Source of the DNA: a bacterium | GTDB lineage: Bacteria; UBA8248 | Direction of reading: 5' to 3' | DNA: 64,000 nt | Assembly: GCA_965213685.1 (NCBI GenBank) | Contig: CBDBZY010000031.1 | Location: 64,001-128,000 of the forward strand | Shown: one piece after another, positions 41,533 through 51,812 of the stretch | Layout of the letters: every line of letters begins with the position of its first letter | Numbering within the stretch: position 1 is the stretch's first letter | Position numbers and translations under genes: made by a program | The notes under the pieces: model-generated | What the model was told of the DNA's origin: nothing | Database searches by the model: none | The model's input: the letters and a program-made list of their open reading frames with translations, nothing else

Positions 41533-42747
41533 ATGCTGGAAGGCTACCGCATTCTCGACCTCGGACAAGTCATCGCCGGAACCATCGGCGGCATGATCAT
41601 GGCCGACATGGGCGCCGAGGTCATCAAGGTCGAATCCCCCCACGGCGACATCGGGCGCAACCCCGCCATCGCCGGCATCGGACCCGTCTCGAGCATCTTC
41701 CTCACGTTCAACCGGGGGAAGAGGAGCATCGTCATCGACCTCAAGAAGCCGGAGGGCAAGGAGATATTCCTGTCCCTGGTGGAAAAGTCGGACGCCGTGA
41801 TGGTGAACTTCCGGCCCGGCACGATGCGGAGGCTGGGGCTGGGGTTCGACGCGATGAGGGCGAGAAACCCCGAGGTCGTGTTCGTGGACTCCAGCGGATA
41901 CGGAGAGGAGGGCCCCTGGCGCGACAAGCCCGCCTTCGACCTCGTCGAGCAGGCCGTGAGCGGCCACATGTCCATCACGGGCGAGCCGAACCGCCCGCCC
42001 GCCAGAAACGGCTCTCCCACGGCGGACATCTCCACCGCCCTCTACACCGCCATCGCCTGCATGGCGGGCCTGCTCGGCAAGGCGAAAGGGAGGGGCGGGG
42101 CGCACCTCGAGGTGCCCATGTTCGACGTCCAGCTCGCCATGCTCGGCTACATCTCCACCATGTTTCTCAACAACGGCGACGTGCCCGAACCGCCCGGGAG
42201 TGCCCATGAGTACATGGTTCCCTACCAGGCGTTCCCCACGGCCACGATATACATCGTGATCTCCCCGCGCGAGGAGCGCTTCTGGAAGAAGATGTGCGAG
42301 GTCATGGGAATGGACGATCTGGCGGACGACCCGCGCTTCCGGACGAACGACCTGCGCTCTGCGAACAGGGACGTCCTCCTCCCCGTCATGGAGGAAATCC
42401 TGATGACGCGCCCGGGCGAGGAGTGGCTCGCGCTCTTCGAGGCGGCGGGCGTCCCGTCCGCCCCGGTGAATCCGCTCGACCGCGCACTCGACAACGAACA
42501 GGTCAAGGCGAGGCGCCTGATCCGCGAATACGACTATCCGGAGGTCGGCAGCGTCAAGGTCGTGGGCAACCCCATCCTGAACAGATCGGACGACGGAAAC
42601 CCGGACCCCGCCCCCGCCCCCCTCCTCGGGGGCGACACCGAGCGCATCCTCCGCGAGGTTCTCCTCTATCCGGAGGAGCGCATCCGGTCGCTCATCGCCT
42701 CCCGGGTCGTCGGCGCAGCCGCCGGACGCGGAGCGTCCGAGGGATAA
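41533..42747 (+). CDS. CaiB/BaiF family III CoA-transferase
   Basis: ADMGAEVIKVE, NRGKRS, NFRPG, PAFD, APLLG. Confidence 0.92.
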   Translation: MLEGYRILDLGQVIAGTIGGMIMADMGAEVIKVESPHGDIGRNPAIAGIGPVSSIFLTFNRGKRSIVIDLKKPEGKEIFLSLVEKSDAVMVNFRPGTMRRLGLGFDAMRARNPEVVFVDSSGYGEEGPWRDKPAFDLVEQAVSGHMSITGEPNRPPARNGSPTADISTALYTAIACMAGLLGKAKGRGGAHLEVPMFDVQLAMLGYISTMFLNNGDVPEPPGSAHEYMVPYQAFPTATIYIVISPREERFWKKMCEVMGMDDLADDPRFRTNDLRSANRDVLLPVMEEILMTRPGEEWLALFEAAGVPSAPVNPLDRALDNEQVKARRLIREYDYPEVGSVKVVGNPILNRSDDGNPDPAPAPLLGGDTERILREVLLYPEERIRSLIASRVVGAAAGRGASEG

Positions 42748-42911
42748 GCCGCGCGCACGGCGTGCGCGCCTCTCTCTCTCCATGGCGCATCGCCTCCGCG
42801 CCAGGCGCCACCACCTCCTCCCCCCCCTTCCAGAAAACGATAACGGGACGCGCGCGCGGCCGCCTTCTTCTTCTCTCCCTTCGGTGCGCCGTTTTTTTTT
42901 GCGGGACGGGC

Positions 42912-42955
42912 TTGATTTCGTTTTATATTCGTTATACATTTCGCATTATATTCGT
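42912..42955 (+). promoter_or_regulatory. Sigma70-like promoter TTGATT-N17-TACATT overlapped by direct repeats (TTCG-N7-TTCG)x2
   Basis: AT-rich patch; ATTTCGTTTTATATTCGT at 42915-42932 and ATTTCGCATTATATTCGT at 42938-42955. Confidence 0.65.
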
Positions 42956-42982
42956 ATTCCACCACTCAAAACGGAGATCATC

Positions 42983-44517
42983 ATGCTGGCCAAGACCCAA
43001 GCAGCAGCTGTCCTGGGGCGTGGACGCCTATCCCGTTGACGTGGAGGTCGACCTCGCATCGGGACTGCCATACTACTCGACCGTCCGGACTGCCGGACGC
43101 CGCCGTGAAGGAGAGCAAGGACAGAATACGGGCCGCCATCGTCAACACGGGATTCATCTATCCGATGGGGCGCATCACCGTGAGCCTATCGCCCGCCGAC
43201 GTCCGCAAGGAGGGGAGCGCCTTCGACCTGCCCATCGCACTCTCGTTGCTGCGCGCGAACGGCGTGTTCGCGGCGCGCTCCCAGATGGAGGACGCGCTGC
43301 TGTTCCTCGGCGAGCTCGCACTCGACGGGTCCTTGCGGCCCATTCGCGGTGCGCTCAACATCGCCGTTCTCGCCAAGAAGATGGGCAAGCGCGGAATCGT
43401 CCTGCCGGCCGAGAACGCGCCCGAGGCCGCCGTCGTCGAGAAGCTCGAGGTCTATCCCGTGCACACGCTTCCGCAGGTGGTGGGGTTCATCCGGGAGGAA
43501 ATCGGCATCGCCACGGCGCGCTGTCAAAAGAACCTCGCCGAGAGAAAACCGGGGGAGGCGATTGATTTTTCCGACATCCGGGGCCAGCACCAGGCCAAGC
43601 GCTCCGTGGAGGTCGCGGCGGCGGGGTCGCACAACCTCCTGATGATAGGCCCGCCCGGCAGCGGAAAGAGCATGCTGGCGAAAAGGTTTCCCTCCATCCT
43701 GCCGCCGCTGTCTCTGGACGAGGCCATCGAAACGAGCCAGGTGTGGAGCGTGCTCGGCAAGCTCACGCACAACGACTCCCTGATCCGGGAGAGGCCCTTC
43801 CGCTCCCCCCACCACACCATCAGCGACGCCGGCCTCGTGGGCGGAGGCGCGGTGCCGCTGCCCGGAGAGGCTTCGCTCGCCCACAACGGCGTGCTGTTTC
43901 TGGACGAGTTGCCCGAGTTTCGGAAAAACGTGCTGGAATCCCTGCGCGGCCCGCTCGAGGACGGGACAATCACCATCAGCCGGGCGCAGGCGAGCCTCTC
44001 GTTTCCGGCGCGCTTCATGCTCACCGCGGCGATGAACCCCTGCAACTGCGGCCTGCGGGGGGACAGGGCGTGCACCTGCACCCCGAAGCAGGTGAGCCGA
44101 TACCGCTCCCGCATCTCGGGACCAATTCTCGACCGCATCGACATCCACATTCCCGTGCCGAGGGTGCCCTGGAAGGAGCTCGCCGAAGACGCCGGCGCCG
44201 AGAGTTCGCAGACGATCCGGAGTCGCGTCCTCGCCGCGCAGAAAATCCAGAAAGAGCGCCTCCAGGACCACCCGGGCGTCTACGCCAACGCCCACATGGG
44301 CCCCTCCCTCATCAACGAGCACTGCAAGCTCGAGGCCGAGGGCAGGCGCCTGCTCAAGCTGGCGGTGGAAAAACTGGGGCTCTCGGCGCGCGCCTATCAT
44401 CGCGTGCTGAAGGTGGCGCGGACGATCAGCGACCTGGCCGGCGAGCGGGACATCGCCCCCCAGCACGTGGCGGAGGCGGTGCAGTACCGGCAGCTGGACC
44501 GACAGATGGCCGGCTGA
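42983..44517 (+). CDS. comM: ComM/YifB Mg-chelatase-like AAA+ ATPase, two frameshifts in the first ~110 bp
   Basis: MLAKTQAAAVLG/VDAYPVDVEVD/GLPDAAVKES; GPPGSGKSML, PFRSPHH, LFLDELPEF, AMNPC, SARAYHR. Confidence 0.92.
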
Positions 44518-44617
44518 AAGCCGCATCGCCTGGAAAAAACGGGCGAGCCCTGATGATTCGTTGACGGCCCGACCGCCCCGTGACATATTGGGGCCGGAGA
44601 TAATGGGAGAGCGGCGG

Positions 44618-45439
44618 ATGCAGAAATGGTTGTGCCAAATCCATCATGGCGATTGCCTGGACGTGATGAGGCGCATCCCGCCCGACAGCGTCGATCTCAT
44701 CATTACCTCGCCGCCTTACGCCGATGCGCGGTCGCACACCTACGGCGGGGTCAAGCCGGATGAATACGTCACATGGTTTTGCGAGCGCGCCGACCAGATG
44801 CTCCGGATACTCAAGCCGAGCGGATCGTTCGTCCTGAACATCAAGGAAAAGGCGGTGGACGGCGAAAGGCATACGTATGTGCTCGAACTCATCCTCGCCC
44901 TCAAGCGGGACGTCGGCTTTCGCTGGGTGGAGGAATACATTTGGCACAAGACGACTTCCGCCCCCGGCAAATGGAAATACCGCTTCCGCGACGCCTGGGA
45001 GCGCATCATCCATTTCAGCAAAACCAAAGAAATCAAGATGCGCCAGGATGCGGTGAAAGTGCCCATCGGCGACTGGACGGAAAAGCGCCTCCGCAACATG
45101 AGCAAGAACGATCGCCAAAGGCAGGAGTCCGCCACCCAATCGAAAATCGGCCGCAGGATAGAGGCGTGGGAGGGGAGGGACACCGTGTATCCGTCCAACG
45201 TGCTGTATCGCCCGCCCGTTTGCCACAACACCGGCCACAGCGCGGCGTTTCCCGAATGGCTGCCGGAGTTTTTCATCCACCTGTTCACGGATACAGGCGA
45301 CGTCGTCCTCGATCCGTTCTCCGGCGGCGGGACGACGTTCAGGGTGGCGGAAAAGATGGGCCGCGCGCCCGTCGGCATAGAGATACGCGAAGAATACGCC
45401 CGCCCGGAATCCGACGCCCAGGCTCCCCTGTTCGGTTAG
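44618..45439 (+). CDS. Beta-class DNA amino-methyltransferase (SPPY, probably N4-cytosine)
   Basis: ITSPPY, HSAAFP, DPFSGGGTT. Confidence 0.9.
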   Translation: MQKWLCQIHHGDCLDVMRRIPPDSVDLIITSPPYADARSHTYGGVKPDEYVTWFCERADQMLRILKPSGSFVLNIKEKAVDGERHTYVLELILALKRDVGFRWVEEYIWHKTTSAPGKWKYRFRDAWERIIHFSKTKEIKMRQDAVKVPIGDWTEKRLRNMSKNDRQRQESATQSKIGRRIEAWEGRDTVYPSNVLYRPPVCHNTGHSAAFPEWLPEFFIHLFTDTGDVVLDPFSGGGTTFRVAEKMGRAPVGIEIREEYARPESDAQAPLFG

Positions 45440-45454
45440 TCGCCGACCCCCGAA

Positions 45455-46099
45455 TTGCCCTGGCTCTCCCGGGAAGTTTTAGACCGGTCGGTGCGGACCT
45501 TGCTCCATGCATCCAACCAGGCGTTCGCCAAATCGGAAGAGCGGCTGAGAAAGAACGTCATCGACCCTTTTTCATCCATCGTCATCGCTTCGGTCCTGGA
45601 AATCGACACCTCCAGCGACCTCCTGGGCGCGCAGGCCTTGCGAACCACCATGGGCGGCATCTCCAACGCGGTCGGCGCGTTTCATCAAACCATCCTGGGC
45701 GCCGTTCCGGGATGGGCGGATCATGACTTCGGGTATGACCTGGAAAATCGGGAGCGGAGAACCCTCGCCGAAGTGAAGAACAAGCACAACACCATGAACG
45801 CGGCCAATCGCAAGCAGGTCATTGACGATCTGGAGACGGCGATCCGGCAAAAGGAGCGTGGGTGGACGGCGTATCTGGTTCAGATAGTGCCCAAGAAACC
45901 AGAACGCTTCAAAGAAAAACTGGTTCTCAACAGGCCGGTATATGAAATCGACGGGGCCAGTTTCTATGCACTGGCGACAGGCTCGCCAACCGCCCTTCAG
46001 GATGTATACGACGCGCTCGTGGAGTGCATCGGAGAGAAGTTGTCTGCTGATGTCAAGGCAGAGTGCAGGAGACTGTTCCGCGCCAGCATCCCCGCATAA
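45455..46099 (+). CDS. Eco47II-family type II restriction endonuclease (start uncertain)
   Basis: KNVIDPFS, NAVGAFHQ.ILG, YDL..AEVKNKHNTMN, IDGASFYALATG; lower GC; directly after the MTase. Confidence 0.8.
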   Translation: MPWLSREVLDRSVRTLLHASNQAFAKSEERLRKNVIDPFSSIVIASVLEIDTSSDLLGAQALRTTMGGISNAVGAFHQTILGAVPGWADHDFGYDLENRERRTLAEVKNKHNTMNAANRKQVIDDLETAIRQKERGWTAYLVQIVPKKPERFKEKLVLNRPVYEIDGASFYALATGSPTALQDVYDALVECIGEKLSADVKAECRRLFRASIPA

Positions 46100-46332
46100 G
46101 GCCAATATCCCGAAAGCCGGGCGAGGCGCCGCCCACACCCATCGGGCAAGGCCTCCACACGGCGGCGATTCGGGGACGGCGCGCCGCCCACAGACCCGCC
46201 TCTCCCGGTCCCCGCCCCTGAGATTGACGCGCAACTCCCCTTGTTTGTATTTTCAAAAGCGCGCGGGACGCATGCCGGCTCGCCGGTTTTGGATTATACT
46301 GCCGCCATCTCTCACCATGGAGGCTTGCGAAC

Positions 46333-47448
46333 ATGGGGACGGAATACGCCTGGTTTCTCCCGTCCGCCAGGGCGGGCGACGGGCGCAGAATCAACGCCAG
46401 GACGCCGGAGCGGAAGCCCACCATCGAATATCTCTCCCGGGTGGCGAACGCCGCCGAGCGGGCCGGCTTCGTGAACCTCCTCGTGCCCACGGGCACCCAC
46501 TGCATGGACGCCTGGCTCGTGGCCGCGGGCGTGGCCCAGCACACGGAGCGGATCAAGTTCTGCGTGGCGTTCCGGCCGGGTCTCACCAGCCCCGTATTCG
46601 CCGCCCAGACGGCGAGCACGCTCGACGCCCTCACCGGCGGGCGCCTGACGCTCAACGTGGTCACCGGCTCGAGCCACGTGGAGCAGATGCGCTACGGGGA
46701 TCATCTCGCGCACGATGAGCGCTACGACAGGACGGAGGAGTTTCTCGACGTCGTCACCCGCCTGTGGAGCGGCGACGGCCCCCTCACCTACAAGGGGAAG
46801 TATTTCGACATCCGAGAAGCCGCCTTTTTCCCGATTCACCTCTCCAGGCCCTGGCCGCCCATCTATCTCGGCGGAAGCTCGGAGCCCGGCCGCCGGGTGG
46901 GGGCGCAGTACTCCGACGTCCACATGATGTACGCCGTGGACGTCGAGACCATCGCCAAGGACGTGCGCGACATGCGGGAGCGCGCCGCGGCGTTCGGGCG
47001 GGAGGACGCGATAAAGTTCGGCGTCCGGATGCACGTCGTCTGCCGCGAGAGCAAGGCGGAGGCGAGAAAGGCGGCGGAGGCGCTCATCGAGGGGAGCGAC
47101 CTCTCGAACGTGCAGGCGTGGATCGACATGAAGACCCGAACGGAGAGCACCGGCCAGACGCGCGTCAACGAGCTGGCACAGGGCGAATCGCTCTGGATCA
47201 CCGACACCATGTGGATGGGCGTGAACACCGTGCGCGCGGGGGCGGGCGCCTCGCTGGTGGGCACGCCCGAGATGATCGCCAAGGCGCTCCGGGAGTATGT
47301 AGACGTGGGCGTCCATACGTTCATCCTCTCCGGATGGCCGCACGTCGAGGAGGTGGAGATATTCGGACGCGAGGTCATGCCGCTCCTCCAGGAGACCGGA
47401 CCCCTCACCCTCGCGCCGCCCCTGCCCGCGCTCGCCGCGTACGATTGA
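46333..47448 (+). CDS. LLM-class flavin-dependent monooxygenase (SsuD/MsuD-like)
   Basis: WFLP..GDGR, LVPTG, AFRPG, GRLTLNVVTG, YLGGSS, LVGTPE, FILSGWPH. Confidence 0.87.
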   Translation: MGTEYAWFLPSARAGDGRRINARTPERKPTIEYLSRVANAAERAGFVNLLVPTGTHCMDAWLVAAGVAQHTERIKFCVAFRPGLTSPVFAAQTASTLDALTGGRLTLNVVTGSSHVEQMRYGDHLAHDERYDRTEEFLDVVTRLWSGDGPLTYKGKYFDIREAAFFPIHLSRPWPPIYLGGSSEPGRRVGAQYSDVHMMYAVDVETIAKDVRDMRERAAAFGREDAIKFGVRMHVVCRESKAEARKAAEALIEGSDLSNVQAWIDMKTRTESTGQTRVNELAQGESLWITDTMWMGVNTVRAGAGASLVGTPEMIAKALREYVDVGVHTFILSGWPHVEEVEIFGREVMPLLQETGPLTLAPPLPALAAYD

Positions 47449-47493
47449 CGGGAGCGGGCGCGCCGCCGCAACGAGAAAAGAGGAAAGTCCCGG

Positions 47494-48672
47494 ATGAACA
47501 GCCCCGCCGACGCCCTTTGCGCCGAATCCCGAAAATGGGTGGACCTCGCCGAATCCCTCGCCCGGGAGAAGTTCGCCCCGCGCGCCAAGACGATTGACGA
47601 GGAAGCGCGCTTCCCCGCCGAGAACTACGAGGACCTGGCCGACGCCGGCCTGCTCGCCCTCATGGTGCCCAGGGAATTCGGCGGCATCGGGGCGGACTCG
47701 CTCACCTACGTCACGGTGCTCTCCAGGATCGCGAAAGGGTGCGCCTCCACCGGCCTCACGTTCAACATGCACTGCGCCGTGGTGGACTTTCTGGGCCAAA
47801 TCGCCTCGGACGAGCAGATGGCGCGCTACTTCTCCGAGGTGGTGCGCGAGGGCGCCGTCTTCGCCTCCATCACGAGCGAGCCGGGCAGCTCTTTCCGGGA
47901 CAAGCTGGCGGTTCGCACCTCCATACGACGGGAGGACGGCGCCTATCGCATTCACGGCAAAAAGCATTTTTGCTCCCTCTCCACCGGCGCGACCTACTAC
48001 TTCACCTGGAGCTATCTCGACGGGGCGGAGAGCCTCCGGGACGGCCTCCTGAACGTGATGATCCCCTCGAAGCGGGAAAACATCGAGATCATCGACGACT
48101 GGCACGCCATCGGCATGCGGGGCACCGCGTCCAACTCCCTGATGTTTCACGACGTCGCCGTGCGGCCGGAGGAGATCATCGGGGCGCCGGGCAGCATCTT
48201 GGGCAAGGACATGAGCATGTGGTCCCTCGGCTACACGGCCGTCTACATCGGCATCGCGGAGGCGGCGTATCAATTCACGGTGGATTACGTGAAAAGAGCG
48301 AAGTCGGGGCTGGGGGTTCCGCTCGGGGAGCTGGACAGAACGCAGCGCCAGATTGGCGAGATGGCCATGCTCCTCGAGAACGCGCGGCGCGCGGCGGAGA
48401 AGCTGGGCGCGCTGCGGGGAAACCTCGGAAAAATGGAGTTGACGTTCATCCTCAACCAGGCGAAGTTCCTGGCGACCGAGGCCGCGAAAGAACTCGCCGA
48501 GCAGGGAATCCGCCTCTGCGGGGGGCGCGGGCTTCACCGCTCCCTGCCGCTCGAGCGGCACCTCAGAGACGCGGTGGCCGGCCTCGTCATGCCGCCCGCC
48601 AACGACAGGTGCCTCGAAACCATCGGACAAATCGCCCTCGGGGGCGAGGCGAAAACGCTGGACTTTCAATAG
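47494..48672 (+). CDS. Acyl-CoA dehydrogenase-fold flavoprotein (DszC/SfnB/YdbM-like)
   Basis: FNMH, GKKHFCS, DDWHAIGMRGTAS, LERHLRD. Confidence 0.8.
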   Translation: MNSPADALCAESRKWVDLAESLAREKFAPRAKTIDEEARFPAENYEDLADAGLLALMVPREFGGIGADSLTYVTVLSRIAKGCASTGLTFNMHCAVVDFLGQIASDEQMARYFSEVVREGAVFASITSEPGSSFRDKLAVRTSIRREDGAYRIHGKKHFCSLSTGATYYFTWSYLDGAESLRDGLLNVMIPSKRENIEIIDDWHAIGMRGTASNSLMFHDVAVRPEEIIGAPGSILGKDMSMWSLGYTAVYIGIAEAAYQFTVDYVKRAKSGLGVPLGELDRTQRQIGEMAMLLENARRAAEKLGALRGNLGKMELTFILNQAKFLATEAAKELAEQGIRLCGGRGLHRSLPLERHLRDAVAGLVMPPANDRCLETIGQIALGGEAKTLDFQ

Positions 48673-48682
48673 GGGCGCGGCC

Positions 48683-50239
48683 CTACTCCCTGACCCGCGC
48701 CCGTCCGGTGCGGCGCGAATCCCCAAAGGCGGCGAGGCGCCCGCCGTCGCCCATCTCCACGGCGTGCACGCCGCCGAAGAAGTGGTGGGGATGCGCGCGC
48801 GGGGCCACCTCGAAGCCGGCCTCCCGCGCGCGTCGCAACACCGCACCCTCCATCCCCTCCTCCACGTGGAGGGGGCCGACGTCCAGGTGCATCCGGGGAG
48901 CTTCCACCGCTTCTTCCAGCGGCATTTTCCGGTAGAGCAGGTTCAGCATGACCTGGGCCACCGCGGTGGGGATGCGGTAGGAGCCGGGACTGCCGATCGC
49001 CAGGCGCAACCGCTCCCCCTCGAACACGAGGGTGGGGGCGTAGCCCGCCATGGGACGCTTGCCCGCACCCAGAGAGTTCGCGCGTCCCGGGCGGGGGTCC
49101 ATCCAGTTCGTGTGGTTGTTCAGAAGCACCCCCGTGCCCGGAGGCACGACGCCCGCACCCCACGCCATGCCCAGCGTCTGCGTGTGGCAAACCAGGTTGC
49201 CCGCGGCGTCGGCGACCGTGAAATGGGTGGTGGAGCCCGGCTCCGCGTCGTGGAGGTGCGCGTCAGGTGCGCGCGCGTCCGCCATCGCGGCGGCGGCGTA
49301 TTCCTTGCTCAGCAGACGCTCCACCGGCATGTCGCAGTAATGGGGGTCGCCATAGACAGAGAACCTGTCGCGAAACGCGGCGCGCATGGCGCGGGCGAAC
49401 GCCAGGCCGCGCGCGGGCTCATCCGCGTCGCTCCACCCGGGCAGCAGCGCTTCGAGAAAATTCAGTATCTGAATGAGCAGCAGGCCGGAGGAGGGGGGCG
49501 GTGCCGTGAGAAAACGATGCCTTTGATAGGTCGAGGCGAGCGGCGCCATCCACCGCACCCGGTAGCGCCTGAGGTCGGCTACGTCCAGATAGCCCCCGCC
49601 GCGCAACACCTCCTCCGCGATGGCCTCCGCGAGCGCGCCCTCATACAAGGCGGCGGCGCCTCTCTCGGCCACCGCGCGCAGCGTTCTCGCCAAATCCGGC
49701 TGACGGAGGCGCGCCCCCTCCCCGAGCGGGGCACCGCCTGCCGAGTGAATCTCCGCGAGGGCCGGGCAATGGTCGCAAAGGCTCCTGAAGCGCGGCCCCT
49801 CCTGCTGGAGGCGATGGAAGCGTCCGACGGCAAAGCCCTCCTCCGCCAGGCGAATCGCACTCTCGAACAAATCGCCCCAGGGCCTGCGTCCATATTCCCG
49901 ATGCATCGCCTCGAGTCCGCGCGCAAGCCCCGGAATCAGGATGGCGCGATGGCCGCGGCTGTGCGCCTCGCCCGCGTGCTTTCCGCTCTCGTCGCAAGCG
50001 AAAACGCCGGGCTCCATACCGACGGGGCACTGGTTGCCAAAATCGACGACCCGCGCCTTTTTCTCCTGCGCGCGCCAGATGAGCGAGACGCCGCCGCCGC
50101 CGAGGCCGGAGTAAAAAGGCTCCGCCACGCCGAGCGTCAGGGAGACGGCCACCGCCGCGTCGCAGGCGTCGCCCCCCTCTTCCATGACGCGCAAGCCCGC
50201 CTCCACCGCCTCCTCATGGGCGGCCGCCACCGCGAACAT
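48683..50239 (-). CDS. ggt: Gamma-glutamyltransferase
   Basis: DAAVA..EPFYSGLGGG, PPSSG, STTHFTVAD, GVLLNN, GSPG, APRMH. Confidence 0.9.
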   Translation of the reverse strand: MFAVAAAHEEAVEAGLRVMEEGGDACDAAVAVSLTLGVAEPFYSGLGGGGVSLIWRAQEKKARVVDFGNQCPVGMEPGVFACDESGKHAGEAHSRGHRAILIPGLARGLEAMHREYGRRPWGDLFESAIRLAEEGFAVGRFHRLQQEGPRFRSLCDHCPALAEIHSAGGAPLGEGARLRQPDLARTLRAVAERGAAALYEGALAEAIAEEVLRGGGYLDVADLRRYRVRWMAPLASTYQRHRFLTAPPPSSGLLLIQILNFLEALLPGWSDADEPARGLAFARAMRAAFRDRFSVYGDPHYCDMPVERLLSKEYAAAAMADARAPDAHLHDAEPGSTTHFTVADAAGNLVCHTQTLGMAWGAGVVPPGTGVLLNNHTNWMDPRPGRANSLGAGKRPMAGYAPTLVFEGERLRLAIGSPGSYRIPTAVAQVMLNLLYRKMPLEEAVEAPRMHLDVGPLHVEEGMEGAVLRRAREAGFEVAPRAHPHHFFGGVHAVEMGDGGRLAAFGDSRRTGRARVRE

Positions 50240-50427
50240 GGGAACTCCTCTCGCATTTTCGGGGCACGCCGTTTGGGGGAGGATTATACGCGCACGCCTA
50301 TCGCCCGCTTCGCCGGGAAGCTCCCTCCCTTCCCGTGGCCCGGTCCGCTCGCGTTTGCCAGCACCGAGGGGGGGAGAGAGGGGGGAACGTTTCCGGTGGC
50401 GCGCCCAGACGAGGGGGGGATTTTATT

Positions 50428-50526
50428 TCATTTCTTGGGATAAATGCCGAAGGGGTCCTTCAGCACCACCCTCCACACGAAGACGAGGACGGCCAGCCCC
50501 AATATGACGAGTCCCAGCGTTTCCAT
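50428..50526 (-). CDS. Small single-TM peptide (32 aa)
   Basis: METLGLVILGLAVLVFVWRVVLKDPFGIYPKK; below the ORF-track cutoff; alternative in-frame ATG at 50544. Confidence 0.45.
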   Translation of the reverse strand: METLGLVILGLAVLVFVWRVVLKDPFGIYPKK

Positions 50527-50558
50527 TCGGAATCGACTCCCCATGCGCAGGAGGAAAC

Positions 50559-50635
50559 TGGTGGGCCGCCGGGGAATCGAACCCCGAACCCACGGATTAA
50601 GAGTCCGTTGCTCTGCCTAGTTGAGCTAGCGACCC
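50559..50635 (-). tRNA. tRNA-Lys(CTT)
   Basis: GGGTCGCTAGCTCAACTAGGCAGAGCAACGGACT-CTT-AATCCGT...GGTTCGATT...CCCACCA. Confidence 0.95.
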
Positions 50636-50646
50636 GCCCAGTGCAA

Positions 50647-50723
50647 TGGCACGCCCGGTAGGACTCGAACCTACAACCTTCGGATCCGAAGTCCGACGCT
50701 CTGTCCAGTTGAGCTACGGGCGC
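50647..50723 (-). tRNA. tRNA-Arg(TCG)
   Basis: GCGCCCGTAGCTCAACTGGACAGAGCGTCGGACT-TCG-GATCCGA...GGTTCGAGT...CGTGCCA. Confidence 0.95.
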
Positions 50724-50781
50724 CCGCTATGCGCCGGCCTTTGCCGGAAACCGCGCTTCCTTCGGAAAAACATCAGCAATC

Positions 50782-50858
50782 TGGGGTGAGTGAGGGGATT
50801 TGAACCCCCGACCTCCGGGGCCACAACCCGGCGCTCTAACCGCTGAGCTACACCCACC
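50782..50858 (-). tRNA. tRNA-His(GTG)
   Basis: (G)GTGGGTGTAGCTCAGCGGTTAGAGCGCCGGGTT-GTG-GCCCCGG...GGTTCAAAT...CACCCCA. Confidence 0.95.
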
Positions 50859-50917
50859 GCGTCCCCTGGCGCCCCTCGCGCGCGCGTGGCTCCGCACTCG
50901 GGGAGAAGACGGGCGCG

Positions 50918-51702
<785 letters not shown>

Positions 51703-51812
51703 GAACCAGCTCCTCCATATTCACGTTCGCGCGCTTTTTTCTCATATCGCTCGGTTCATGGCAAATCCCACTCCCGGGACGTTCCCCGTATCCATCGCGC
51801 CGCTCCGGAGGC

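Noticed and set aside
45437-45439. Pyrrolysine decoding of the TAG between the MTase and REase
   Set aside because: No pyl genes in the window, and many ordinary genes here end in TAG; only generic read-through is kept as a hypothesis
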